A DNA stretch of 64,000 bases, taken from NCBI GenBank assembly GCA_965209055.1, contig OZ242374.1:5504001-5568000 (forward strand), read 5' to 3'. Both the position numbers and the translations under genes were made by a program. Positions 45,301-54,172 of this stretch are shown in pieces. The notes below the pieces were generated by a model. That model was not told the origin of the DNA, searched no databases, and saw only the letters and a list, made by a program, of their open reading frames with translations. The stretch is from Acidobacteriota bacterium. GTDB taxonomy: Bacteria; Acidobacteriota; UBA6911; RPQK01; JAJDTT01. The stretch's first letter is position 1. The number at the start of each line of letters is the position of its first letter.

Positions 45301-45559
45301 CGGAAGCCGTCGACGTGACCTGCTTGACCCCGGCAAGGCTTTGAACGGACTCCTCGATCCGGATACAGATTCCCTCCTCGACCTCCTCCGGCGCAGCGCC
45401 CGGATAGGCCACCGACACGCTGATCAGGTCCGTGGAGAACTCCGGGAAGACCTCTTTTCGAATCTCGGTAATGGAGAGGGCGCCGCCCACCAGGATCACG
45501 ACCATCAACAGGTTGGCCACGACCCCGTTGGATGCGAACCAGGCGACGAGTCCCTTCAT
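42305..45559 (-). CDS. RND efflux permease (AcrB-like), resident operon
   Basis: NGVVANLLM, GIVVDDAIVVGENI, RFRPIFLTS; start ATG 45559 with upstream GAGGTG. Confidence 0.92.
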   Translation of the reverse strand: MKGLVAWFASNGVVANLLMVVILVGGALSITEIRKEVFPEFSTDLISVSVAYPGAAPEEVEEGICIRIEESVQSLAGVKQVTSTASEGMGIVNVAILEGTDARELLDDVKGRVDAISTFPEEAEQPVIQEFIVRNQVINIAVSGPADERTLKRVAEQVRDEVASLPGITQVELSSARPYEVSIEVSEDALLRHGLTFDEVARAVRRSSLDLPGGSVRTEAGEILLRTKSQAYVGEEFRQLTLLSRPDGTRVLLGDVARVVDGFAETDQVARFDGQPAILVQVFRVGRQSALEIAAAVREYVKQKQLQLPEGLTLTTWKDDSRILRSRLNLLIKNGLAGLALVVLTLTLFLRVGLAFWVSLGIPISFMGCLLALPLLDVSISLISLFAFIVVLGIVVDDAIVVGENIFSQYEQGKPKLRAVIDGTQEMMIPVFFAVATTVAAFSPMLMIEGSTGKIMRVIPLVVLPTLVFSLVESLLILPHHLSHLRRSERLRKRGLSGLWNRFQDLISRQLKRFVKRVYEPFLRVAVEWRYLTAALGVATLVMVVGLILGGRIKFNFFPPVEADNVMAFLTMPQGTSAEVTGRALQRVERAALLLREELDSPSQGGGSASVFRHVLASVGEQPARVLQNRQSGNVSQFSGAHLGSVNIELAPSEERPRARDGRLISSTEIANRWRELTGTIPDAVELTYSASIFAAGAPINVQFSGPDLDQLQEAARRFKLKLNEYAGVYDIADSFRAGKQEVKLKIRPAAESLGLTQADLARQIRQAFYGEEVQRIQRGRDEVKIMVRYPSDRRRSLGQMEEMRIRTPEGGEVPFSVVADSELSRGFATIRRVDRNRSVSVTAEVDTQRANSNEILAELESGYLPSMLRQFPGLTYSLEGEQEQQSETIDGLLQGFGIALAAIFGLLAIPLRSYFQPLLIMSAIPFGLVGAFWGHRILGMDLSILSIFGIVALAGVVVNDSLILVDYVNRQRRAGVPLQESILTAGSARFRPIFLTSVTTFAGLTPLLMETSLQAQFLIPMAVSLAFGVVFSSPVILVLVPCTYMILEDLGRAARWLLGRPPVQEPEPPTLIAAPVKGGSPRN

Positions 45560-45563
45560 GGTG
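45549..45563. repeat. Left copy of the direct repeat flanking the insert
   Basis: AGTCCCTTCATGGTG; 13/15 identical to 56314-56328, exact core TCATGGTG. Confidence 0.7.
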
Positions 45564-45934
45564 ACACCTCGGAGCCGGAATCCGACTGAATCTGGTCCGC
45601 CACGCCGCCGGTAAGGGGCGCTGGAGTTTCGAGTTGTCGCGCCTTCACGAAGCGAAGACTCCCTTTGCCTGGCCGCAATGCACATCCAATCGTCCCGAAT
45701 CGAATTCGTTGCCTCCGATTCGTGACCACCATGGCGTTTGCTCCGATTTCGATATTCTACCTGTTTGCAGACGATGAGGGGTCGGGGGCTTGAGGCGCCC
45801 AACGCCGACGGCGCAAGGGCCGGCGCGGGCAGAGCCGGCAGACGCGTCGCCCCGGAATCTTGGAATCGGACGGCTCCGTCCCCGGGGAGAACACCGTTTC
45901 GGATCGCCGCCGGCGAAATGGCGACGGCTGTCGA

Positions 45935-47005
45935 CTATGGATTGACCGGACGCTGGTTGCGCTGGACGCCGCCGTCCCGGGGTTCCGGATAGAACTGCTT
46001 GCAATAGCGTCGAAAGGTTCCGATCTCGCCGTCGGACCGGCACAGTCTGGGGCGGGACAGGTACCGCTTCCGGCTCCAGATCTCCACATCCTGCAGCACG
46101 TCCCGCTTTTGTTGCCACAACATGAACCGGTTCATGAATTTGTTGCGCAGGCCCGGAGGAAGGAAACTCAGGCCCATGATCGGCCGTTTCGGTTTCCGCA
46201 TTTCCCGCACCTGCGCGGCGAGCACGACCTCGACAAACTTCCCGTCAACGGGCGTTGCGAGTACCCACAGGCGCATGTCCAGGGGGACGGATCGCTCGCG
46301 GATCTCGACGAACGAGTAGCCCAGTCCAAAGATGCGGGTGAAGGCGGAAATATCGACCGACATGTCCATGATCCCGCCAATGGTCTGGACCCGCTTGAAG
46401 TCAAAGTGGCCTTCGAGACAGGCGCCGTCGACGGTCACCCGCCCGATTCGGCTGACATTGTCATAGCCGTGCACGTACCGCAGGTGCGCCAAGTCCACGG
46501 CGTTCTCCGTCGTTTCCTGGGGATGGCCGGGAAACCGGACGGTCCGGAAGCCCAATTCGCTCCAGTCCGCTCCCGACGGCGGATCCTCGGGAAGGCTCCA
46601 TTGCGGCGGACGTCCGTCGATGCCCCACCAGGCGAACACCATGCCGAGAACCTCACGGATCTCGAATACCTTCAGCTTCGCGGCCTTCGGCGGCGGCGCA
46701 AAGGGAGTCGCGACACATTGGCCGCCGGCGTCGAACTCGTAGCCGTGAAACGGACAGACGAGACAGCCGTCGCGTACCCGGCCTCCGGCATCGGGCCCCA
46801 ATTCGGCCCCCAGGTGCGGACAGACCGCCTCGGCCACGCAGACGCGTCCTTCACCGTCGCACCAGGCGACGATTTCCTCGCCCATCCAGGTCTTCTGGAT
46901 CAGCTTTGCCCTGAGAATGGCCTCACGGCTGGAAACGAAGTACCAACCCTCGGGAAACGGAAGCAGCGAGGAGGCTTTGTCAGGCTCGAAATGTCGTTTT
47001 GCCAT
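45935..47005 (-). CDS. Rieske non-heme iron oxygenase, KshA/Neverland (cholesterol 7-desaturase)-like
   Basis: FPEGWY, CPHLGA...CPFHG Rieske ligands, ENAVDLAHLRYVH iron motif, C-terminal QDVEIW.RK.Y...P.L...DG....RR...QFY. Confidence 0.82.
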   Translation of the reverse strand: MAKRHFEPDKASSLLPFPEGWYFVSSREAILRAKLIQKTWMGEEIVAWCDGEGRVCVAEAVCPHLGAELGPDAGGRVRDGCLVCPFHGYEFDAGGQCVATPFAPPPKAAKLKVFEIREVLGMVFAWWGIDGRPPQWSLPEDPPSGADWSELGFRTVRFPGHPQETTENAVDLAHLRYVHGYDNVSRIGRVTVDGACLEGHFDFKRVQTIGGIMDMSVDISAFTRIFGLGYSFVEIRERSVPLDMRLWVLATPVDGKFVEVVLAAQVREMRKPKRPIMGLSFLPPGLRNKFMNRFMLWQQKRDVLQDVEIWSRKRYLSRPRLCRSDGEIGTFRRYCKQFYPEPRDGGVQRNQRPVNP

Positions 47006-47402
47006 TTTCCACCGAAGTTTCGTCGTCTGATGGCACCGATAGCCTCCAAGCCAAGTGGGAGAAAACGAAGCTACAATTCCATTCTATCCGTCATCGACGA
47101 CCCCATTTTTACTTCGGCCCGGTGACGCATCACACGCGGCTCGCAAATCTCCTGTCGCGACCCAGGCGATTTCACGTGGACCGAACCTCAGACTTGTCTA
47201 GGCAGCCATTTTTGCCAATGGTAGGATATAACGTCCTTTTTGCCGGAATTTAGTCACAGGCTTCTGCTTGCCTCAGTTCATGGATTCCCTCAAATCAGCC
47301 GTCCTCTTACAGCGTGCCTGTCGGCCGGCGAGACCTGGGATCAGCTTCGCGAAGCGGCCGGCGAATTCCCGGGCCGGGTCAGCTTCCGGCGGGTAGATCA
47401 CC

Positions 47403-48611
47403 ATGAGGAAGATACTCGGCTACCTGGTTGCGGTTGCCATTCTTGCAGGCTCCGTCTACCTGGCCTATTACCTGGTGTCGCTGGCGCCCGAACCGGAACG
47501 CACCGAGCCGCCTCCCCAGATTCCCTTTGCCCAGACCGGCCGGGTTGCGGCCGGCACCGGAGCCATCCCCGTCTATGGCGCCGGCACCGTACGGCCCAGC
47601 GCGGAAGTCGACATCGCTCCGCTCGTCAGCGGCAGCGTCGTCTGGTTGGAACCGGGTTTCCAGAGCGGCGGGCGGATCGAGTCCGGTCAGCCGATCCTGC
47701 GTATCGACAACGCCGACTATCTGCAACGCCTGCGCGAGGCGGAGGCCGAGCTCGAAGCCCGTCGGGTGGCCCTCGATTTGGCCCGGGAAAAAGGGACGTT
47801 CGCCCGCGCCGAATTCGAGGAGTACTCGCGCCAGCAACTCGAGGCGGGAGCTCCGGTGGGCGAACCGGGGCCCTTGGCGTTGGGGGAACCGGAAATCAAG
47901 GCGGCTCGGGCCGCGCTGCACCGTGTGGAGGTCCAGATCGCCGGCGCCGAGCTGGCCCTGTCCCGAACCGAACTGCGGGCGCCGTTTGACGGCTATGTGC
48001 GCAACGAATCGGTGGATACCGGGCAGTTCGTGTCCGCAGGCCAGACCGTTGGGCGGCTGATGGCGGCCGAGGCCGTCGAGGTGGCCGTGCCCCTGTCCGA
48101 CGCCAACGCCGCCATGATTCCAGGGCTTTGGAAGCTTCGCGCGGGAGACGCCGAACGGCGGGTGGCCGCCCGGGTGACCGCCAGGTTCGACGACGCCAGC
48201 TATGTTTGGAAGGGCTATGTCGACCGGGCTGAAGTCTCAGTCGACGAGCAGACGCGAACCATCGACGCGATTGTACGGGTGCCCAACCCTTTTTCGGCGG
48301 GTGTTCCGGCGGACGGGTCCGGCGATGCACCCCCGCTCCTGGTAGGCAAGTTCGTGGAGGTAAAGATTCAAGGTCTTGTACCGGAGAGCTATTTCCGGGT
48401 GCCGCGGGCTGCACTGCAAACCGGCGACGAGGTCTGGACAGTTGGTGAAGACCAGACGGTGAGTATTGTCCCGGTCCGCGTCTTGCAGCGGGCCAACGAC
48501 GAAGCCGTGGTGGTCGGCGCCCTGGAAGACGGGCAGTTGGCCATCACAGGCGGCATTCAATTCGTCACCGAAGGCATGGTGGTACAAACAGCGGCCGGTT
48601 CGGCGGAATGA
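47403..48611 (+). CDS. RND efflux membrane fusion protein (islet)
   Basis: N-terminal TM, lipoyl-like halves, RAPFDG, VD.QTRT, GKFVEV. Confidence 0.88.
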   Translation: MRKILGYLVAVAILAGSVYLAYYLVSLAPEPERTEPPPQIPFAQTGRVAAGTGAIPVYGAGTVRPSAEVDIAPLVSGSVVWLEPGFQSGGRIESGQPILRIDNADYLQRLREAEAELEARRVALDLAREKGTFARAEFEEYSRQQLEAGAPVGEPGPLALGEPEIKAARAALHRVEVQIAGAELALSRTELRAPFDGYVRNESVDTGQFVSAGQTVGRLMAAEAVEVAVPLSDANAAMIPGLWKLRAGDAERRVAARVTARFDDASYVWKGYVDRAEVSVDEQTRTIDAIVRVPNPFSAGVPADGSGDAPPLLVGKFVEVKIQGLVPESYFRVPRAALQTGDEVWTVGEDQTVSIVPVRVLQRANDEAVVVGALEDGQLAITGGIQFVTEGMVVQTAAGSAE

Positions 48612-51600
48612 GCCAAAACGAACAACAACCGGCGGAACCCGGCGGGCCAATCGCCTATATGGCGGGCAGCAGCGTCGCGGCCAACCTGCTGATGTTCGGC
48701 ATCCTCGCTGCGGGCCTCGTGTCTCTGACCGGCCTCGAGCAGGAAGCGTGGCCCGAGGTGCCCTTCTATCAGTTCGAAATCTCCGTGACGCTCCCTGGGG
48801 CAACGCCCGACGAGGTGGAGGAGGCCATCGTCGTCAAGATCGAGGATGAGGTCCGTGGACTGGCGGACGTGAAGGCGGTCAGGTCCGTAGCGGCCCCGGG
48901 AATGGCGTCCGTCAGGGTCGAATTCAGATCGGGTACGGACATGGGCGCGAAGAGGGATGAAATCGAGTCGGCGGTCGGGCGTATTCAGACGTTCCCGGGC
49001 GGAGCCGAGCGGCCCCGAATCCGGGAAATGACCAACGCCCAGAGCATGATGCGCCTCATCCTCTACGGCGACGTTCCCGAGCGCTCGCTGAAAGAACTCG
49101 CCTATCGTATCGAGGACGATCTCGCTTCCCTCCCGAACGTGTCCCAGGTCGAGACCAACGGTGTGCGCAACTACGAGATCTCCATCGAAGTGCCACTGCG
49201 GTGGCTACGGGCCGTTGGGCTAACTCTGACCGATGTCGCCAATACGATTCGTCGCGGTTCGCTGGACCTGTCTGCGGGCAGCATCAATACCGAGCAGTCC
49301 CAGGTGCGGATTCGGACCCTCGGTCAGAGCTACGATCAGCAGGATTTCGAGGAGATCGTCATCCTCGGCCGCGACGACGGCACAGCGGTGCGCTTGGGTG
49401 ATATTGCCGAGGTGCGCGACAGCTTCGAGGACTCGGATTTGATCGTGCGGCACCAGGGCCATCCCGCCGTGTTCGTTGAGGTTTCGCGAGCCGACGGCGA
49501 GAGGGTGATGGATGTGGCGCGCGCCGTTCGGGACCATGTTGCGAACGAGATAGCGCCCTCGCTCCCCGACGGCGTGGGCATCACTATCTGGAGCGACGAC
49601 TCTTCGGTATTCGTGGAGCGGGGCCTCCTTCTCCTCAAAAACGGATCCTTGGGGTTGTTGCTGGTCTTGTTCGCGCTTGGCCTTTTTCTCGAAGTCCGGT
49701 TGGCGTTTTGGGTCGCCGTCGGTCTCGGCGTTTCCGCGATCGGCGCCCTGGCCGCCATGATGATGTTCGACATCCCGCTCCATGAGATTTCGCTCTTCGC
49801 TTTCGTGCTCGCCATCGGAATCATCGTAGACGATGCGATCGTCGTGTCCGAGCACATTCACCTGGAGCGAATGCGCGGCACGCCGGGGGTTGTCGCGGCG
49901 ATCCGGGGTGCGCGACGAATCAAGGTGCCACTGATCTTCGCCGTGCTGACTACGGTCGTGGCGTTCGTTCCGCTGCTCTTCATACCCGCGGGCTTCGGAG
50001 AGGTCTGGAAGGCACTGCCCATCGTCGTCATTGCCACGCTGCTGTTTTCGCTGGTCGAATCGCTGCTGGTGCTGCCCAACCATCTGTCCCATCATCTGCA
50101 CGGCCCGGATTGGGTGCCCGGCACGAGCATCGAACGATTCGTCTCCCGGATCCAGAATCGTGTCGATTCCTGGTTGAACAGCTTTGTACAGGGGCCCCTG
50201 GATCGTGGGATACAGTTCGCGACGGACTGGCCTGAGGTGACGGTCTCGGGGGCGGTCGCGCTGCTCATCCTGAGCATTTCCCTCATTCCGGCCGGCATCG
50301 TCCCCACCACCTTCGCAACAGCGGTCGAAGGCGACTTCGCAATCGCCACCCTCGAGATGCCGGACGGAACGACCGCGGAGCAGACGTACGCAGTGGCGCA
50401 ACAGCTGGAATCAGCCGGTCGCCGGGCCATCGAGCGGCTTTCTGAAGGCCGGCCCGCGGATGCGCCTCCTCTGCTGTCCGGAGTTACAGTCGTCGTCGGT
50501 CAGCGTTCGCGGATCGAAACCGGGGGCCTCAATCCCTCGCCCACCCTGAACCCGGAAGCCAATGTCGCCACCATCGAGTTCAAGCTCCTGGGCGCGCAGC
50601 AACGGCGCATCACTTCGGGAGAAGTCGTGCAGGCATGGCGCGAGGAGGTGGGTGTCCTGCCTCATGCGCGCGCGGTCACCTACATCAGTGAGATCTACAC
50701 ACTGGGCAACCCGGTCGAGGTCGCGCTGTCCCACCCGGATCCGGAACGCCTGGTCGAGATCGCATCTTCCGCAGTCGCTGGCCTTGGCGGAGTCGGAGGC
50801 GTCTTCGACATACGCTCTGATCACACTCGCAGTATCCCGGAAGTTCAGGTGGGATTGCGTCCCGAAGCGCGCACCCTCGGCCTCACGCTTGATGATCTTG
50901 CCGGGCAGACGAGAGCCGCCTTCTTTGGCGTGGAGGCCGTGCGGGTGCAGCGAGGACGTGAAGAAGTTCGGGTTTATGTGCGGCTACCCGAGGAGCAGCG
51001 TAATGCGATCACCGACGTCGAGAGATACTGGCTCCGTACGCCAACCGGTGCCGACGTGCCGTTAAGCCGCGTGGCTTCGCTGAGTTCTGGCACATCGCCG
51101 CCGGCCATCCGGCGCCAAGACGGCCATCGCATTGTCACGGTTTCCGCTGATGTGGATGCCAGTGTGATTTCCGCCGCGACCGCCAATGACATTCTGGAGA
51201 ACACTATCCTCGCGGAACTCATCGAGGAAAACCCGGAACTCACGTACACCTTCGGAGGTGAACAGCAGCAGCAGCTCGACTCTTTGGGCGGTCTCTTCCG
51301 CGGATTCGTGATCGCGTTGCTCATGATCTTCGCGCTGCTGGCCATTCCGTTGCGCTCCTACACCAAACCGTTCATCATCATGGCCATCATCCCGTTTGGG
51401 TTCATCGGCGTGATCCTGGGTCACTGGGTCCTGGGGGTGGCGTTGAGCGCGGAATCCTTTGTCGGGATATTCGGCCTCGCCGGCGTGGTGGTGAACGATT
51501 CCCTGGTGATGATCGATTTTATCGATCAGAAGCTCAGGGAAAACACTCCGGTGCGAACCGCGATCATCGAGGGTGCGAAGGGACGATTTCGCCCGATCAT

Positions 51601-51787
51601 GCTGACTTCCTTGACCACCTTCCTCGGCTTCACCCCCCTTATTCTCGAAGACGCCATTCAGGCGCAGTTCTTTGTTCCCTTCGCCGCCTCGATCGGCTGC
51701 GGCATCCTCTTCACCACGACAATCATCATGTTTCTGGTGCCGGCGCTTTCCTCGTTCCATCTGCGCCTGACCTCGACGCGGGGCTGA
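48608..51787 (+). CDS. RND permease (AcrB-like, islet)
   Basis: VAANLLM, GIIVDDAIVVSEHI, RFRPIMLTS; ATGA overlap with the MFP. Confidence 0.92.
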   Translation: MSQNEQQPAEPGGPIAYMAGSSVAANLLMFGILAAGLVSLTGLEQEAWPEVPFYQFEISVTLPGATPDEVEEAIVVKIEDEVRGLADVKAVRSVAAPGMASVRVEFRSGTDMGAKRDEIESAVGRIQTFPGGAERPRIREMTNAQSMMRLILYGDVPERSLKELAYRIEDDLASLPNVSQVETNGVRNYEISIEVPLRWLRAVGLTLTDVANTIRRGSLDLSAGSINTEQSQVRIRTLGQSYDQQDFEEIVILGRDDGTAVRLGDIAEVRDSFEDSDLIVRHQGHPAVFVEVSRADGERVMDVARAVRDHVANEIAPSLPDGVGITIWSDDSSVFVERGLLLLKNGSLGLLLVLFALGLFLEVRLAFWVAVGLGVSAIGALAAMMMFDIPLHEISLFAFVLAIGIIVDDAIVVSEHIHLERMRGTPGVVAAIRGARRIKVPLIFAVLTTVVAFVPLLFIPAGFGEVWKALPIVVIATLLFSLVESLLVLPNHLSHHLHGPDWVPGTSIERFVSRIQNRVDSWLNSFVQGPLDRGIQFATDWPEVTVSGAVALLILSISLIPAGIVPTTFATAVEGDFAIATLEMPDGTTAEQTYAVAQQLESAGRRAIERLSEGRPADAPPLLSGVTVVVGQRSRIETGGLNPSPTLNPEANVATIEFKLLGAQQRRITSGEVVQAWREEVGVLPHARAVTYISEIYTLGNPVEVALSHPDPERLVEIASSAVAGLGGVGGVFDIRSDHTRSIPEVQVGLRPEARTLGLTLDDLAGQTRAAFFGVEAVRVQRGREEVRVYVRLPEEQRNAITDVERYWLRTPTGADVPLSRVASLSSGTSPPAIRRQDGHRIVTVSADVDASVISAATANDILENTILAELIEENPELTYTFGGEQQQQLDSLGGLFRGFVIALLMIFALLAIPLRSYTKPFIIMAIIPFGFIGVILGHWVLGVALSAESFVGIFGLAGVVVNDSLVMIDFIDQKLRENTPVRTAIIEGAKGRFRPIMLTSLTTFLGFTPLILEDAIQAQFFVPFAASIGCGILFTTTIIMFLVPALSSFHLRLTSTRG

Positions 51788-52005
51788 CGGCCGGTGGGGA
51801 AAGTGGCGCGCGCACCGAGGCCACACCGGAAGAACTGGCCTGCGAGGTTCCCGGTTGACAGGGCGAGTGGGGGAGGAGCGCCCACCGGAAGATCGGCCCG
51901 GGCGTAATCCAACCGAAACTCAACGATGGGAGCTGCGAAGCGACGCGTTCTCGCCGGGATGCATCACCCGTCGAATGCCACACTACCGTGTCTGCAGGCC
52001 GCCAA

Positions 52006-53058
52006 TTACCCCCGAAGAGGCCGCCGCGCCACGAAACAGTAGAGCGGTGTGAAAATACCGGCCCTGCCCCCGGCAACATAGGCGTTTGCGGTCCGATCCA
52101 GTAGCCCGACGACCTCCGTCGAGCCTTTCGGGAACGTACCGAGAAACTCGGCCATCCTGGATCCCCTCCTCACAACCTTGCGACCCATCGGGGTCCGGCG
52201 TAAAGCGCCGCCGAGCAGTCCGCCCCGGGTTTCCATGGGCTGATACCACGGCCTGACCGGACCGTGCTGGTCGCTGGCGAGGTCCAACCCTTCCATGACT
52301 TCGAATCCCGCGGTTTCGAGCGCCCGGTTGACCTCCCGGAACGTCGCGATTTCCTTGAGCGCGATGCCGTGCATGAGTTCTCGCTTGATGGCGCGATGCC
52401 GATCGTCGCCGGGATCGAACAGGTCCGTCATGCACATTTCCTGGCCCCAGAAGAGAGCTCCGGGTTTCAGGACACGGTAGATTTCGGCGAACGCAGCCAC
52501 CTTGTCGGCCGCGTGGCAGGTCGATTCGATCGCGTAGCCACGATCAAACGTCTTGTCCTTGATGGCGCTCATCTCCATGAAGCTGCACACCTGGCAGTCG
52601 GTCATGTGATCGAGCCCCGCAGCGGCGTTCAGCCGCTGGGCGTTGTTGCACTGGACTTCACTGACGTTGATTCCGACGACCCTTACATCGGCCTCGCGGG
52701 CGACCCGGCGCATCGGACCGCCGATCCCGCAGCCGATGTCGACTACCGTCATGCCCGGGCGCAGTTCGAGCTTGGAGATCATGAGTCGCTGGTGCCGGAT
52801 CTTGGAGTCCTCCAAGCTCTCGCCAGACGACAGCGGCGCGAAGTGCAGGGATTCTCCCCAACCGAAGACCATGAACTCGCTGCAAAGGTCGTAGTATTCC
52901 TTCACGGTCAGCGTGTGGTCGTAGAGCGCTTCGGAATCCTGGCGGGACTCCCTGTCGGTCCATCCTTCGAAGTCGTGCACGCGGCGGACGACGTTCGACC
53001 CGTCGAATGCGGCCTTCAGCGCATTGGATAGTTCGCGGAATCGCCTCACGGGCCTCAA
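52006..53058 (-). CDS. Sterol 24-C-methyltransferase (ERG6/SMT)-like
   Basis: YYDL...GWGESLHFAP, DIGCGIGGPMR, YAIESTCHA, EIYRVLKPG, C-terminal GG..GIFTP; likely TTG start 53058 after GGAGAG. Confidence 0.85.
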   Translation of the reverse strand: MRPVRRFRELSNALKAAFDGSNVVRRVHDFEGWTDRESRQDSEALYDHTLTVKEYYDLCSEFMVFGWGESLHFAPLSSGESLEDSKIRHQRLMISKLELRPGMTVVDIGCGIGGPMRRVAREADVRVVGINVSEVQCNNAQRLNAAAGLDHMTDCQVCSFMEMSAIKDKTFDRGYAIESTCHAADKVAAFAEIYRVLKPGALFWGQEMCMTDLFDPGDDRHRAIKRELMHGIALKEIATFREVNRALETAGFEVMEGLDLASDQHGPVRPWYQPMETRGGLLGGALRRTPMGRKVVRRGSRMAEFLGTFPKGSTEVVGLLDRTANAYVAGGRAGIFTPLYCFVARRPLRG

Positions 53059-53349
53059 GGCAGGCTCTCCAGTCGATCCAAGACGGCTAGGCGGGCAAGT
53101 GACGTGCTTACCCCGCATAGCTCAGCAAAGGGCGTGGCATGGGGCATGAAATCGTAGTAACAAGTTTGTTATTAGCAATTTACATGCTGGCCAACAATAC
53201 ACCCTGTGCCCCCACACTGTATCACAGCCGATCTCCCCAATCAGGCACCAAAGTTGGTGAATCATGCAGGCTGGCCCTTCCCCGGGGGACTTGGAATCGT
53301 AGCGCATGAACCAGGCAGGGACTTCCGGCAGCGGCGCGGAGGATTGCCT

Positions 53350-53544
53350 GCGGTCTCGGATCGGGTTTGTGACCTCAGCAACGCGGAACTTCAGCTTCTT
53401 GCCGGGATCAGCTGTCGGAAATGGATTGATGACGGGCTTGTGGTCTTTCGGCAATACTTCCAGCTTCAGGTGGTGCGCGATAAGCAGGAGATTGACGCCC
53501 AACTGAAGCTCCACCCGCCGATTCCCCAGGCACATGTGCGTGCC
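53350..53544 (-). pseudogene. C-terminal remnant of a second cytochrome P450
   Basis: GTHMCLG..VELQ..VNLLLIAHH...INPFPTA.P.KKLK.RV..VTNP parallels the C-terminus of 54122..56236. Confidence 0.8.
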
Positions 53545-53605
53545 TGGCACCCAATAACACTTAAAGGTGCGGATACAGACTCTTCAGCTTGGTCCGTGCA
53601 TCGCC

Positions 53606-54172
53606 TTCACCTTCGGAGGCGAACAGCAGCACCAGTTGGAGTCTCTGGACGCTCTCTACCGCAGCTTCGTGCTCGCCATGCTGGCGATTTTCGCGCTCCT
53701 TGCCCTTTCCCAGGGTTCCTATGTCAGACCGTTCCTCGTGATGGCCATCATTCCCTTCGGCCTGGTCGGCGTGGTCCTAGGCCACTACGTGTTGGGAGTC
53801 CCCATCAGTGCGGCATCGTTCATGGGCTTCTTCGGGCTCAGCGGCGTCACCATCAACGACTCGCTGGTCAGGAAGAATCTCATCGATCAGCGCCGCCGGG
53901 AGGGCTCCGATGGTAAGACTGCAATCATCGATGGCGCCAAGGGACGCTTCCGGCCCATCATCCTGACCTCGGTGACGACCTTTCTCGGCTTCACGCCCCT
54001 CATTCTCGAACGGGCCATCCAGGCGCAATTCCTGGTCCCCTTCGCCGCATCCCTCGGGGTCGGGATCATGATTACGACCGGGATCTTGTTGTTGCTTGTG
54101 CCGGCGCTGCTGGCCGTCAATCTACGCGCGAATTCCCGTCACCGGGCAGCGGGGGCCGTTCCGGTTCCCTAG
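53606..54172 (+). pseudogene. C-terminal remnant of a second islet-type RND permease
   Basis: FTFGGEQQ.QL...GAKGRFRPIILTS...AIQAQFLVPFAAS parallels the last ~180 aa of 48608..51787. Confidence 0.85.

Noticed and set aside
42305-45802. 1165-aa RND with a long N-terminal extension
   Set aside because: Family homology starts at MKGLVAWF (ATG 45559); the extension lies in islet-end DNA
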